64,000 bases of DNA from an uncultured Pelagibacteraceae bacterium (GCA_902524285.1 CABZCR010000005.1:6441-70440), one strand, 5' to 3'. Counted from the stretch's first letter, positions 1-9,591 are shown. The notes: a model not told the origin generated them from the sequence alone. Numbers and translations: made by a program.

Positions 1-323
1 TCGCAATTATTCTTGTATATTGGATTTTGCCGGAGAGGGCACTTACTTATGAAAAATTTCAATTAATGTCCTTATTTATTTTCTTTACTTGGTTCATGAG
101 TCAAAATTTTTTAGTTGAGGCAGTTATTTACCACAATCAAGTAGGGGGCGATGCCGTGATCTCTTGGGCACCATTAATGCCATTTGGCCCATATTTTAAT
201 CCAACACTATTAAATTTTGGAGAGAGAGATATAACACTTCAATCTCAATCTGCGTGGATTATTGGAACTATAGTTTTCTATTTGATATCAATATATTTTT
301 ATAAAAAAACAAACGGAAAATAA
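1..323 (+). CDS. 3' part of an integral membrane protein (starts before the window)
   Basis: Frame is open from position 3; hydrophobic helices; followed by a terminator-like hairpin. Confidence 0.7.
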   Translation, partial: AIILVYWILPERALTYEKFQLMSLFIFFTWFMSQNFLVEAVIYHNQVGGDAVISWAPLMPFGPYFNPTLLNFGERDITLQSQSAWIIGTIVFYLISIYFYKKTNGK

Positions 324-360
324 TAAACTCCACCTGGGTGGGGTTTATTCTGTTTTGTTT
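322..360 (+). terminator. Intrinsic terminator
   Basis: aataaactccac/gtggggtttatt stem followed by T-rich tail. Confidence 0.7.
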
Positions 361-510
361 CACACATCTAAGTTTAGTAGATTTAAAAAATAATATTGAA
401 ATGGTTGTGGTCACCACCCCTTACAGTGTTGGTGGCGTCAACTTTTTAACCTCCACATTATCATCAACTAAATAATATCAAGCGCCCTCAAAATGTGAAT
501 TAAAAATGAA

Positions 511-543
511 AAAAGCTTAAATACATAAAGTATCTAAGCTTTT
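511..543 (-). terminator. Intrinsic terminator-like hairpin, probably minus strand
   Basis: aaaagcttaaatac/gtatctaagctttt 14-bp stem; its one mismatch is a G-U pair on the minus strand. Confidence 0.55.
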
Positions 544-633
544 CATAATGATAACGTGGATTGATGATCCTTATAGATAATTCTTTCTAAGAATCAATTA
601 ATATAATTAATAAATAAAATTTGTATTAAAAAA

Positions 634-807
634 ATGACTCAGCAAAACTGTCAATGGTGCAATACTTCAATAGTTCCAATTGATGTGCATGGACACTATC
701 AATGCCCAAATTGCAAGATTAACATCGATCCATGTTGCTCAGGTGAAAAGATTGATGAATATGACTCAACTTTGAAGTCTTGTAACACCAAACGCTTTGA
801 CGAATAA
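634..807 (+). CDS. 57-aa Cys/His-rich putative zinc-binding microprotein (below the ORF-track cutoff)
   Basis: Manual translation MTQQNCQWCNTSIVPIDVHGHYQCPNCKINIDPCCSGEKIDEYDSTLKSCNTKRFDE; CxxC...HGHxQCxxC...PCC pattern. Confidence 0.75.
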   Translation: MTQQNCQWCNTSIVPIDVHGHYQCPNCKINIDPCCSGEKIDEYDSTLKSCNTKRFDE

Positions 808-812
808 TCAAA

Positions 813-926
813 TCAAAAAAGATACAAAAACAATATCAAAACCAGAAAGACAACGAGTGCCATCAATGGAAAAGTGAGTATTCTATAAATAATTTGTAAG
901 AACTGTTTGAAACTAAACTGTTCCAT
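813..926 (-). CDS. 37-aa single-TM microprotein
   Basis: Manual translation MEQFSFKQFLQIIYRILTFPLMALVVFLVLILFLYLF; starts 8 bp after the SDR gene stop. Confidence 0.5.
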   Translation of the reverse strand: MEQFSFKQFLQIIYRILTFPLMALVVFLVLILFLYLF

Positions 927-934
927 AAAATTAC

Positions 935-1798
935 TTAACTAAGAATTATATCTTCGCCATCATCTTTGTTTACAAAGAAATCTGGAAATGGTTCAGCATC
1001 AGGCGTTGCTAGATATTCCGATAAATCTGTCTTACCAGCTTTCATCATCGTACTGTCATCAACACACATGTTTCCTGTAAATGTTTTGGAGTCTTGAGTA
1101 AGTATAACATATGCAGCATCGCCCATGATAGCAGGCGTTCGACATTTACTTTTACCCTGATCATCCATTGAAGCCGCCAAAATATTGTTAACAGCCGCTG
1201 TATCGATCATAGTTCTTGGCCATAATGAATTTACAGCAATACCAGATGATTTTAATTCTTCCGACATTCCAAGAGTACACATACTCATTCCATATTTTGC
1301 CATAGTATATGCTACATGCGGACTAAACCACTGGCTTTCCATATTCAATGGAGGTCCTAGGTTAAGTATATGAGGATTGTTCCCTTTTTTTAAATGAGGA
1401 ATGCATGACTTTGAAACAAGAAAAGTTCCTCTTGTATTAATGTTGTGCATTAGATCGTATCTTTTCATTTCTGTATTTACTGTTGGAGTTAAGCTAATAG
1501 CACTTGCATTATTTACACAAATATCAATACCACCGAATGTTTCTACAGTTTTCTCAACAGCAGCAAGCACCTGATCTTCAAATCTTATATCTGTTTTTAT
1601 TCCAATTGCATTACCGCCAGCCTTGATTAAGTCTTCAGCGGCTGTAAAAATTGTGCCAGGCAATGTTGGTTGCGGTTCAGTAGTTTTGGCAATGATTGCA
1701 ATATTCGCACCATCTTTTGCAGCACGCTCAGCAATAGCGTAACCAATGCCTCTTGTGGCACCAGTTATAAATAATGTTTTTCCTTTGAGATCAGTCAT
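935..1798 (-). CDS. SDR oxidoreductase, HSDL2/AtuG-like
   Basis: TGATRGIG, NNAS and YTMAK motifs; GKTLFITG...DGANI N-terminus typical of HSDL2/AtuG. Confidence 0.85.
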   Translation of the reverse strand: MTDLKGKTLFITGATRGIGYAIAERAAKDGANIAIIAKTTEPQPTLPGTIFTAAEDLIKAGGNAIGIKTDIRFEDQVLAAVEKTVETFGGIDICVNNASAISLTPTVNTEMKRYDLMHNINTRGTFLVSKSCIPHLKKGNNPHILNLGPPLNMESQWFSPHVAYTMAKYGMSMCTLGMSEELKSSGIAVNSLWPRTMIDTAAVNNILAASMDDQGKSKCRTPAIMGDAAYVILTQDSKTFTGNMCVDDSTMMKAGKTDLSEYLATPDAEPFPDFFVNKDDGEDIILS

Positions 1799-1825
1799 AT
1801 TAACTCCTTAAAAAGGTATAAAAAT

Positions 1826-1859
1826 TTGTCATAAAAGTTTCACTAAGATAGTTCATAAT
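1826..1859 (+). promoter_or_regulatory. Pho-box-like (OmpR-family) direct repeat plus -10
   Basis: TTGTCAT-aaaa-GTTTCAC, 10 nt, then CATAAT. Confidence 0.55.
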
Positions 1860-1881
1860 AATTTTATTTAAAGGAGTAAAT

Positions 1882-2208
1882 ATGGCTAAATTTTATATGA
1901 TGGCGAAATACACACCAGAAGCTCTAAAAGGATTTATGAGTAAACCTACAGATGACAGAAAGGCGGCTTCGGCTAAATTAGTTGAATCCGTTGGAGGCAG
2001 TCTTTTATCTTTTGATATAGTAAGAGGGGACTATGATCTTGTGATGGTAGTGGACGCTATTGATTTTAATGCAGCGGCGGGTGCAAAAATAGCTGTTCAA
2101 TCAACTGGCATGGTAAGTGATGCAGTTATACTGGAAGCAGTAGATATGACAGAAATCGTTTCAAACGCAGGAACAGCACTTGGCAGCTATACTAAACCAG
2201 GAGCATAA
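1882..2208 (+). CDS. GYD-domain protein
   Basis: GDYDLV motif, ~100 aa, strong RBS (aaggag). Confidence 0.8.
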   Translation: MAKFYMMAKYTPEALKGFMSKPTDDRKAASAKLVESVGGSLLSFDIVRGDYDLVMVVDAIDFNAAAGAKIAVQSTGMVSDAVILEAVDMTEIVSNAGTALGSYTKPGA

Positions 2209-2209
2209 A

Positions 2210-2497
2210 ATGAGTATAGTTGTTACTGCTAAATTTTTTCCTAAACCGGAAATGGTTCAAGACATGAATAATTGGTTTAGAGAAAATTTATCCAATACGC
2301 AATCATATGAAGGTTGTCAGTTAATTAAAGGTGGGTATAACAAGGACACTCAAGAGGTTATCCTTTATGAAGTATGGGACAGTGTTGAGGCTCATCAAAA
2401 ATATGTTAATTGGAGAATTGAGATTGGTGATATTCCAAAACTTGTTGAAATGTCAACTAAGGAACCTGATATCGTCTATCATGAAGAAGTTTATTAA
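2210..2497 (+). CDS. ABM (antibiotic biosynthesis monooxygenase) family protein
   Basis: EGC...YEVWDSVEAHQKY motif; start moved to ATG 2210 after aggag RBS. Confidence 0.8.
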   Translation: MSIVVTAKFFPKPEMVQDMNNWFRENLSNTQSYEGCQLIKGGYNKDTQEVILYEVWDSVEAHQKYVNWRIEIGDIPKLVEMSTKEPDIVYHEEVY

Positions 2498-2523
2498 ACA
2501 TAAAATTTAAAAAGGAGAAAAAA

Positions 2524-2904
2524 ATGGAAGCAAAAGAAGTTGTACAAAAAGGTTATGATTTATTTGGATCTGGAGATATGGAGACATTCTTTGGTGAAAT
2601 AATTCATGACGACATAACATGGACTTTTCCAGGAGAAGAAGGAAAACATCCATTAGCAGGTGTGCATAAAGGTAAGGAAAATTTCATAGCAAACATGTCA
2701 AAAATTCCTGAGTACTGGAATAATTTTATGGTTACACCTCAAGCAATGATTAGTGAGGGCAACAAAGTATTCGCTTTAGTAAAAGGAACTGCTGACGGTA
2801 TGGATACTATGTTTGGCCATTACTTCGAAGTTGAGAACAATCAAATGAAAGTCATGATGACTTTTGACGATACACTTACAGCATTCAATGCAATGAAAAA
2901 ATAG
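2524..2904 (+). CDS. SnoaL/NTF2-like protein
   Basis: VQKGYDLFGSGD...DDITW...HPLAGVHKGKE pattern. Confidence 0.8.
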   Translation: MEAKEVVQKGYDLFGSGDMETFFGEIIHDDITWTFPGEEGKHPLAGVHKGKENFIANMSKIPEYWNNFMVTPQAMISEGNKVFALVKGTADGMDTMFGHYFEVENNQMKVMMTFDDTLTAFNAMKK

Positions 2905-2913
2905 GGAGTAATT

Positions 2914-3198
2914 ATGAATAATTATATAGTAACACATACGTTTAAGTCTAAAGAAGCAAAAGAAGCTTTTGCCAAGGCTGGCGAAGGAATTTCTGAAGAA
3001 GAACAAATACAAAGCATGACAGGAGAGAATGCTGCGTGCCAAATGAGTTGGGAAACCCCTGGAGATTCTCTGACAATGTTTTGTTATTGGAAAGCAAAAA
3101 GTCCAGATGATGTTAACACAATGCTTGCTGACTATAATGAGTTTTTTGAGCCACATCAATTTGAATTAACAAATGAACCTATAAAGTTCACAGCATAA
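2914..3198 (+). CDS. Small dimeric alpha/beta-barrel protein (DUF4242-like)
   Basis: YIVTHTF...FCYWKAKSPDDV pattern; RBS ggag. Confidence 0.6.
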   Translation: MNNYIVTHTFKSKEAKEAFAKAGEGISEEEQIQSMTGENAACQMSWETPGDSLTMFCYWKAKSPDDVNTMLADYNEFFEPHQFELTNEPIKFTA

Positions 3199-3214
3199 AA
3201 TTTGGAGAAGTATT

Positions 3215-3508
3215 ATGTATGTAATGTTGACGCAAAAACTTTCTAAAGGCTTTAAGTCTTGGAAAGATATGGTTAATGAAAATGAACACAAACTAAAGGG
3301 CTTTAAAGGCAGAATTATATTTGCTGGATCTCATGCTGAAGATGATAACTCTATGGTAGTTATTATGCATTATGACGATAAAGAAGGACTTATGGCTTTT
3401 AAAAATGATGAAGAATTAACTAAAGCCAGGCAAGAGGCAGGAGCTTTAACTGAGACAACGGTGATGACAGTTATGACTGAAGATGCTCTCTTAAATTTTC
3501 CAAGCTAA
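3215..3508 (+). CDS. Small barrel protein, DUF3764-like
   Basis: FKSWK...DDNSMVVIMH...ARQEAGA pattern; RBS ggag. Confidence 0.6.
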   Translation: MYVMLTQKLSKGFKSWKDMVNENEHKLKGFKGRIIFAGSHAEDDNSMVVIMHYDDKEGLMAFKNDEELTKARQEAGALTETTVMTVMTEDALLNFPS

Positions 3509-3511
3509 ATT

Positions 3512-3739
3512 TTAATTGGCTGCAAGTTGAAAGGAATTATCTTCTCTGCAGCCAGTGCCAATAGATAAACCAAGTTCTTTTATTTCGCTTTCTGAATATT
3601 TAGCCTCATCTAAATTATTTAAAACAGCCAAATTACGATCAATACAACTTTTGTGCGGTGAAGGGACAAGAGATGTAAAAAAAATTACAAAAACGAAAAG
3701 CGCGAATGCTAATGGAACTAAGCCGTATCTATTTATCAT
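3512..3739 (-). CDS. Hypothetical small membrane-anchored protein
   Basis: N-terminal TM, two Cys; overlaps the upstream gene stop. Confidence 0.6.
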   Translation of the reverse strand: MINRYGLVPLAFALFVFVIFFTSLVPSPHKSCIDRNLAVLNNLDEAKYSESEIKELGLSIGTGCREDNSFQLAAN

Positions 3740-3915
3740 TTTTTAAATAAACTCTCGGCATTTAGACGATCTTTTTCTTTAGATGAAATATAGTTTTCAG
3801 CTCTCTTAATTTCTGCATTAAGTTCTATAATGTATTCTTTGAGTTCTTCTATACTCAATGTATCAAAATCAATTTCTTTTGGCTTAATAATTGGCTCTAA
3901 ATCATCTGTATCCAT
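3736..3915 (-). CDS. DUF1192 family protein
   Basis: MDTDDLEP...LSIEELKEYIIELNAEIKRAE...AESLFK; start moved to 3915. Confidence 0.8.
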   Translation of the reverse strand: MDTDDLEPIIKPKEIDFDTLSIEELKEYIIELNAEIKRAENYISSKEKDRLNAESLFKK

Positions 3916-3960
3916 TAAAGATGAGTGTTTCATTTTTTTGGCAACTTGTTAAGATTAAAT

Positions 3961-5064
3961 ATGGCAGAAGAGGTCCGTTTTTTTGACAATCGACAGAGAT
4001 ATTTATTATTTGTAACAACTACAAATGAAAAGGCAGTAATAGCTGAAAAGCTATCTCATATCATTAATGAATTGAAACCAATAAAACCAGCTCTAAAAAT
4101 ATTTGATGCTGGTGTAGGTGATGGAGCAGTGTTAATGAATGTACTTCGAATTGCCCATCAAAAATTTCCAACTGTTCCTTTTTATGTTTCTTGCAAAGAT
4201 GTAAGCATGGAAGATGTAAGAATTACAATTGAAAAACTTGCTGATAGATTTGTTGAACATCCAAATATGGTTTTTACAATATCTAATTTACACTACTCTG
4301 AGGCTGGGTATCTCAAATCAAATAACCAGTCTAAGCAACAAAATATGAACTGGAGTAGCATTGCATTAGATGGTGACTCTTCATTTGGTTTCTATGAGCA
4401 ATTAAGACAGTTGGGCCCACTTTTAAAAGAAAATTGGAGAGTTGAAGAAAATAAGCAGGGAAATACAACTTATGAAAATCCATCTGTAATTTGCATATAT
4501 AGAAAAGATCACGAATTCACGTTAGATCAAATAATTCCATCTAAAAACGAGTCTATTAATGAATTTGATTTAGTTATTGTCTCACAAGCATATCGCTCAC
4601 GAGCAAGTGTAGAAAAAAAAGTTAATAATGTAATTAAACCTATGGTTAGTTTGCTAGCGCCAAATGGAAAAATGGTTGCTTTTCACTCTTACGGAAATGA
4701 CCCTGGTCTAAATGCAATTAATCAACTTTGGCCTGATGAAAATCCATTTCCAAATAAAGGTCATGACATCATTCAGTATATGAAAAATAACTTAGGAAAT
4801 GAACTTAATGGCAAAATTCATTTCAGAGAACCAGAGATATTTGAATATAAACTGAGGTCGCAGCCAAATGAGATAAACAGTGGTATTGCCACATCATTAG
4901 TATTTTCTGCATGGAATGCTTGCACATATGTTGCTCAAATAAGTGATCAAATGGTTAAGGAAAAGGAAGCAGATCAAAGTTATATTAAGTGTATTGAGGA
5001 CATAATTCGTGATCATGACGGATTATGGTTTTATGACGAAATGCTTGTGGCTGACCGAAAATAA
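3961..5064 (+). CDS. Conserved protein with SAM-methyltransferase-like fold
   Basis: IFDAGVGDG motif I-like sequence; likely start ATG 3961. Confidence 0.6.
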   Translation: MAEEVRFFDNRQRYLLFVTTTNEKAVIAEKLSHIINELKPIKPALKIFDAGVGDGAVLMNVLRIAHQKFPTVPFYVSCKDVSMEDVRITIEKLADRFVEHPNMVFTISNLHYSEAGYLKSNNQSKQQNMNWSSIALDGDSSFGFYEQLRQLGPLLKENWRVEENKQGNTTYENPSVICIYRKDHEFTLDQIIPSKNESINEFDLVIVSQAYRSRASVEKKVNNVIKPMVSLLAPNGKMVAFHSYGNDPGLNAINQLWPDENPFPNKGHDIIQYMKNNLGNELNGKIHFREPEIFEYKLRSQPNEINSGIATSLVFSAWNACTYVAQISDQMVKEKEADQSYIKCIEDIIRDHDGLWFYDEMLVADRK

Positions 5065-5101
5065 ATATTGAATTTCTCAAGAGCAATTTATATCAACTAG
5101 T

Positions 5102-5620
5102 ATGTTATCATCTTTAATAGTGGGAGCTGGATGCTTTTGGGGTGTTGAAGTCTTATATGAACAAATGCCTGGTGTTATCAATGCAACCTCAGGCTATTCT
5201 GGTGGTCATTTAGATAATCCTAGATATGAGGATGTTTTAACTGGCGAGACAGGTCACGTTGAAGTGGTCAAGATTGATTATGATAGCAGTGAAGTTACTT
5301 TTAATGAATTGATTGATACATTTTTTATCATTCATGATCCAACAACCTTAAATCGTCAAGGGCCTGATATTGGGGAGCAATATAAATCGATACTCTTTTT
5401 CAACAGCGAAGATGAAAAAGAAATTATTGAGAGTAAAATTGAAAAAATAGATTTATCAGGCAAGTTTGAAAACCCAATAGTTACAGAAATTAGAGAAACA
5501 GAAGAGTTTTATCCTGCAGAAGAGTACCATCAAGATTATGCAGCGAAAACAGGCAAGCTATGCTACCAGCAACTTTATGTTATGTATAATTATTCGCCAA
5601 TACCAGCTGCAACACCATAA
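5102..5620 (+). CDS. msrA: Peptide methionine sulfoxide reductase A
   Basis: GCFWG, HDPTTLNRQGPD and FYPAEEYHQDY motifs. Confidence 0.95.
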   Translation: MLSSLIVGAGCFWGVEVLYEQMPGVINATSGYSGGHLDNPRYEDVLTGETGHVEVVKIDYDSSEVTFNELIDTFFIIHDPTTLNRQGPDIGEQYKSILFFNSEDEKEIIESKIEKIDLSGKFENPIVTEIRETEEFYPAEEYHQDYAAKTGKLCYQQLYVMYNYSPIPAATP

Positions 5621-5621
5621 C

Positions 5622-6506
5622 TTATTTTGTTGAAAAAGTAGGCAGTTGAGGATTACTCACTGTTGGATGCACATATCTACTTTTTGCAATATCTAAACAA
5701 TTTTCATTATTGTGATTATAATAATTTGAACTTTTGAAATCTAAATGTTTCACTTTATCGTAAGTTTTATTAGATTTTACGCTGTACATTATATCACCAG
5801 GTATTGATAAGTGCCCTCCGATGCCATCATTAATTGTACCTTCATCTTTAAAAACGAGATGATCTTCTGCACACTGTGGTACGGCCCCTAAAACATGCAG
5901 GATCTCATGAAGAGCAGCTTTAGCAGTTTCATTAAATTCAGGTTTAAAACCACCATTGTTTTCAATACATGATCCACTTCTTTTTCCTGGGTAATAAAGG
6001 GCTGCCGTGTTAGCTGTTACACCCTCTGTTGCATAACTTGGAAGTTGAGAAGACGCACAAACATCTCTGTTAGAGCCGCCATAGATGATGAAATAAACTT
6101 TTTTTGAATCGTTAAAACCAAATCGACTTATTGCAGGCTGTAAAACATTGACCGCCTGAATCCCATGTTTGGATATATCATCATCATTAATATCCAATCT
6201 TAAAAAGGTTATATCAATTTTATGATCATCTTTACGATCAAATTTAAGATTTTGACCATCTGCAAATAATCTATCTCTAGTTTTTGAGTTAAACCATTTA
6301 TCGATTTGATACATTAACATGCTTATTTTGCTATCAAGATCATATTCTTTATCAACACCATCTTTTGGTAAAACGTACATAACATGAATATTATAACCAT
6401 CATCAATATCAGGAAGATCAGTGAAGTTTCTTCCTGGTTTTTCATCAGAAAACACCGCTGAAGCTAAAAAAAAACTAATTATAGTATAGCTAATAAATAT
6501 ACGCAT
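5622..6506 (-). CDS. Secreted zinc metallopeptidase-like protein
   Basis: Signal peptide; HEILHVLG zincin motif; DIMY Met-turn-like. Confidence 0.7.
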   Translation of the reverse strand: MRIFISYTIISFFLASAVFSDEKPGRNFTDLPDIDDGYNIHVMYVLPKDGVDKEYDLDSKISMLMYQIDKWFNSKTRDRLFADGQNLKFDRKDDHKIDITFLRLDINDDDISKHGIQAVNVLQPAISRFGFNDSKKVYFIIYGGSNRDVCASSQLPSYATEGVTANTAALYYPGKRSGSCIENNGGFKPEFNETAKAALHEILHVLGAVPQCAEDHLVFKDEGTINDGIGGHLSIPGDIMYSVKSNKTYDKVKHLDFKSSNYYNHNNENCLDIAKSRYVHPTVSNPQLPTFSTK

Positions 6507-6535
6507 ATTTTTAAATCTGATAAGGTTTTTATTTA

Positions 6536-7606
6536 ATGAAAAAGTTTATTACAAATCCATATTTTAAAAAAGGACTTCCAGGGGATAATGGTACTGATCC
6601 TGTTAGTACAGATGTTGAAGCTGTAAAAAAACTTTTGAGTTTATGTCCTAAAGCAGCTGAAACACCTTTAACTGAATCAGTCAAATTAAGTGATGAATTA
6701 GGTATTAAAAAATTATGGTTTAAGGATGAAAGAGACCGAATGGGCCTTGGAAGTTTTAAAGCCCTTGGCGCAGCGTTTGTAATCGCAAGTGATGCTGCGG
6801 AAAATTTAAAATCTTTAAGCAAGGATGCAAATTGGAGCTCAGCTCTTAATGGAAAAACTTATATATCTGCGAGCGCTGGTAATCATGGAATTTCTTTAGC
6901 AGCTGGTGCAAGAATATTTGGAGCAAAGGCTGTAATTTATTTATCTAAAAATGTCCCACCTAGCTTTGCAGATAAAATTAGAAGTTTTGGTGCAGAGGTT
7001 GTTGTATGCGGCAATAATTATGAAGAGAGTTTAGAGGGTGCCAAGCAAGAAGCTGAGAAAAACGGTTGGATGCTTTTGTCAGATGTGACCTGGGATGGAT
7101 ACGATCAAGGCTTGAGGGTTATGCAGGGATACTTAGTACTTGCAGATGAAGCATGTACAAAATGTGATGAGCCCCCAACACATATCTTTTTGCAAGCTGG
7201 AGTAGGAGGTTTTCCCGCATCCATTGCATCCTATATGAGAAAATATTTTGGTAATGATCCAAAAATAATAATTGTCGAACCCACAAAGGCTCCAGTATTG
7301 CTCGAGTCTATAAACAGAGGAGAAGCCATAACTGTTAAAGGTGGTGTTTCAAATATGGGACGATTAGATTGTAAAAGTCCTTCGATAAGAGCGTTATCAT
7401 CACTTGCAATTACTTGTACAAATTTTATGACAATCGAAGATGAAGATGCCGACATTGCAGTGAAAGAGCTGAGACAAAATAAATTTGATACTTCTCCATC
7501 AGGTGGAGCCGGTTATGCCGCTATCAAACAAGCAAAAAAATATCCAGAGTGTGGAATTGACAAAAATAGTAAGATTTTAATAATTTTGACTGAAAAGCCG
7601 GCTTAA
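6536..7606 (+). CDS. PLP-dependent diaminopropionate ammonia-lyase family protein
   Basis: KDE.RMGLGSFKALG, ASAGNHG and THIFLQAGVGG motifs. Confidence 0.85.
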   Translation: MKKFITNPYFKKGLPGDNGTDPVSTDVEAVKKLLSLCPKAAETPLTESVKLSDELGIKKLWFKDERDRMGLGSFKALGAAFVIASDAAENLKSLSKDANWSSALNGKTYISASAGNHGISLAAGARIFGAKAVIYLSKNVPPSFADKIRSFGAEVVVCGNNYEESLEGAKQEAEKNGWMLLSDVTWDGYDQGLRVMQGYLVLADEACTKCDEPPTHIFLQAGVGGFPASIASYMRKYFGNDPKIIIVEPTKAPVLLESINRGEAITVKGGVSNMGRLDCKSPSIRALSSLAITCTNFMTIEDEDADIAVKELRQNKFDTSPSGGAGYAAIKQAKKYPECGIDKNSKILIILTEKPA

Positions 7607-7651
7607 TTTTTATTATTGAAAATTATTCAAACATTATATTAAATTTAGCAA

Positions 7652-8836
7652 ATGATAACAAAAAGTCTTCTCTCTAAAATTATTAAAACAGGGAACCTTA
7701 CATGGGTAATGCCGAATGGTGAAATTAACACTTACGGTGATGGTACAGGAGAACCTATAAAAATAAGAACTACAAATAACTTTTCAGAGATAAAGTTATT
7801 AATGAACCCTTCAATTCATTTTGGTGAGAGTTATATGAATGGATCACTTGTGGTAGAGGAAGGGCGTATTCATGATTTTTTAAAGCTTATCTTTTCAAAT
7901 ACTGAAGTTGACATTGATCATTGGGTGATGAAGTTATCAAAAATAGTTCGAGCCATTTCAAATAAATTAACTACAAGCAATTATATATCTAAATCAAAGA
8001 GAAATGTTGCTCATCATTATGATCTTTCTGATAAGCTTTATGATCTGTTTTTAGACCCAGATAGACAATATTCTTGTGCTTATTTTAATTCCCCAAATGA
8101 TTCTTTGGAGCAGGCGCAAATAAATAAAAAAGAATTAATCTCAAAGAAGTTATTGCTCGAAGAAAATCAATCTGTTTTAGATATTGGTTGCGGTTGGGGT
8201 GGAATGGCCTCGCATATTTATAAAAAATCAAACGCAAGTGTTGTAGGCGTAACTTTATCTGAAGAACAAATTGCATATGCTCAACAAAGAAAAGTGAGAG
8301 AGAAGTTGGATAAGGTTGAATACAGACTTCAGGATTACAGGAACGTAAATGAGAAATATGATCGAATTGTATCTGTGGGCATGTTTGAGCACGTCGGTAC
8401 AGCACACTACCAGGAATTTTTTAACAAAGTTTACGATCTATTAAACGATAGTGGAGTTGCGCTTATTCATACAATTGGTAGGTTGAATGAGCCTGGCAAC
8501 ACTGACCCGTGGATAGATAAATATATTTTTCCTGGAGGATATATTCCAGCCCTGAGTGAAACAGTTTCTAGAGTTGAGAAATCAGGTTTATCAATGACTG
8601 ATGTACAGATATTAAAATTTCATTATGCGGAAACATTAAAAAGATGGAGATATAATTTTTACGACAATATAGACAAGGTTAAAGAAATTTATGATGAAAA
8701 ATTCTGCAGAATGTGGGATTTCTATTTATCTTCATCCCAGGCTTCATTCGAAGAGTCGACATTAGTTGTATTTCAGCTCCAACTTTCTAAAAATAAAAAG
8801 ACCGTTCCTGATAAGCGGGATTATTTATTAGCATAG
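7652..8836 (+). CDS. cfa: Cyclopropane-fatty-acyl-phospholipid synthase family methyltransferase
   Basis: AHHYDLS, QYSCAYF, LDIGCGWGG, VSVGMFEHVG and KYIFPGG motifs. Confidence 0.9.
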   Translation: MITKSLLSKIIKTGNLTWVMPNGEINTYGDGTGEPIKIRTTNNFSEIKLLMNPSIHFGESYMNGSLVVEEGRIHDFLKLIFSNTEVDIDHWVMKLSKIVRAISNKLTTSNYISKSKRNVAHHYDLSDKLYDLFLDPDRQYSCAYFNSPNDSLEQAQINKKELISKKLLLEENQSVLDIGCGWGGMASHIYKKSNASVVGVTLSEEQIAYAQQRKVREKLDKVEYRLQDYRNVNEKYDRIVSVGMFEHVGTAHYQEFFNKVYDLLNDSGVALIHTIGRLNEPGNTDPWIDKYIFPGGYIPALSETVSRVEKSGLSMTDVQILKFHYAETLKRWRYNFYDNIDKVKEIYDEKFCRMWDFYLSSSQASFEESTLVVFQLQLSKNKKTVPDKRDYLLA

Positions 8837-8861
8837 CTACTTTTTAGAAGTAACTATGCTA
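8829..8861. terminator. Hairpin between convergent genes
   Basis: tagcatagctactt/aagtaactatgcta stem. Confidence 0.65.
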
Positions 8862-8871
8862 ACTTGTTTAT

Positions 8872-9573
8872 TTAGTTGTTAAATACAACTACCCCTTGAT
8901 CTACAATATTTGCGTGAGGCGCCATATTCGCGAACATCCATCTTTGCATCTCTTCACTTGCAAAAATATCCAATGCTTTCCCCATATCAACTGGATTAGC
9001 TGATGAGAAATATATCATTGCATTTGCAGGAAGGACACTTGATGGACACATAGCGCATTGCAATGTATCAACGATAACTGGAGCTCCTGCTTCACGCATC
9101 ATTTCTTGCATGATTGGTACGTTGAGTACAAAATTTATTCCACTCTCAACTTCCAGAGTCGCATAACCAATAGTTTGACCCGCCGCAGCTTCACCAAGTG
9201 TTGAATTATTTGCCCAAGTTACGCTATTAACGCTACTATCGAACTCAATTTCACCATATGTGCTATTAAACCAATTAGGATTTTCTGCAACGATAGCTGC
9301 AGTTTCCATTTGATCTTCATAACTATCATAATAACCATAAACAAATGTAGTATCATTTGAATTATCGCCTCTCAGTTTAGTAGATGATCTAAAAGCAGTA
9401 TATTTTGCTCCACCAGCCATAGCCTTTTCTTTGAACGCTATAGTTGCTTCTGATATTTCTTGTGGATTAGCTCCTCTTACTTCCCAAACATCTACAATAA
9501 ATGCCTTACTAGGTAAAATAGAGATAGCTAACAAACCTAAAGATATTAAAAAAGTTTTGTAAATTTTAATCAT
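8872..9573 (-). CDS. Secreted hypothetical protein (paralog of 9592..10311), CxxCP motif
   Basis: Signal peptide ending SKA; CAMCP; strong RBS. Confidence 0.75.
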   Translation of the reverse strand: MIKIYKTFLISLGLLAISILPSKAFIVDVWEVRGANPQEISEATIAFKEKAMAGGAKYTAFRSSTKLRGDNSNDTTFVYGYYDSYEDQMETAAIVAENPNWFNSTYGEIEFDSSVNSVTWANNSTLGEAAAGQTIGYATLEVESGINFVLNVPIMQEMMREAGAPVIVDTLQCAMCPSSVLPANAMIYFSSANPVDMGKALDIFASEEMQRWMFANMAPHANIVDQGVVVFNN

Positions 9574-9591
9574 AGTTTTTCCTTTCCTAAA

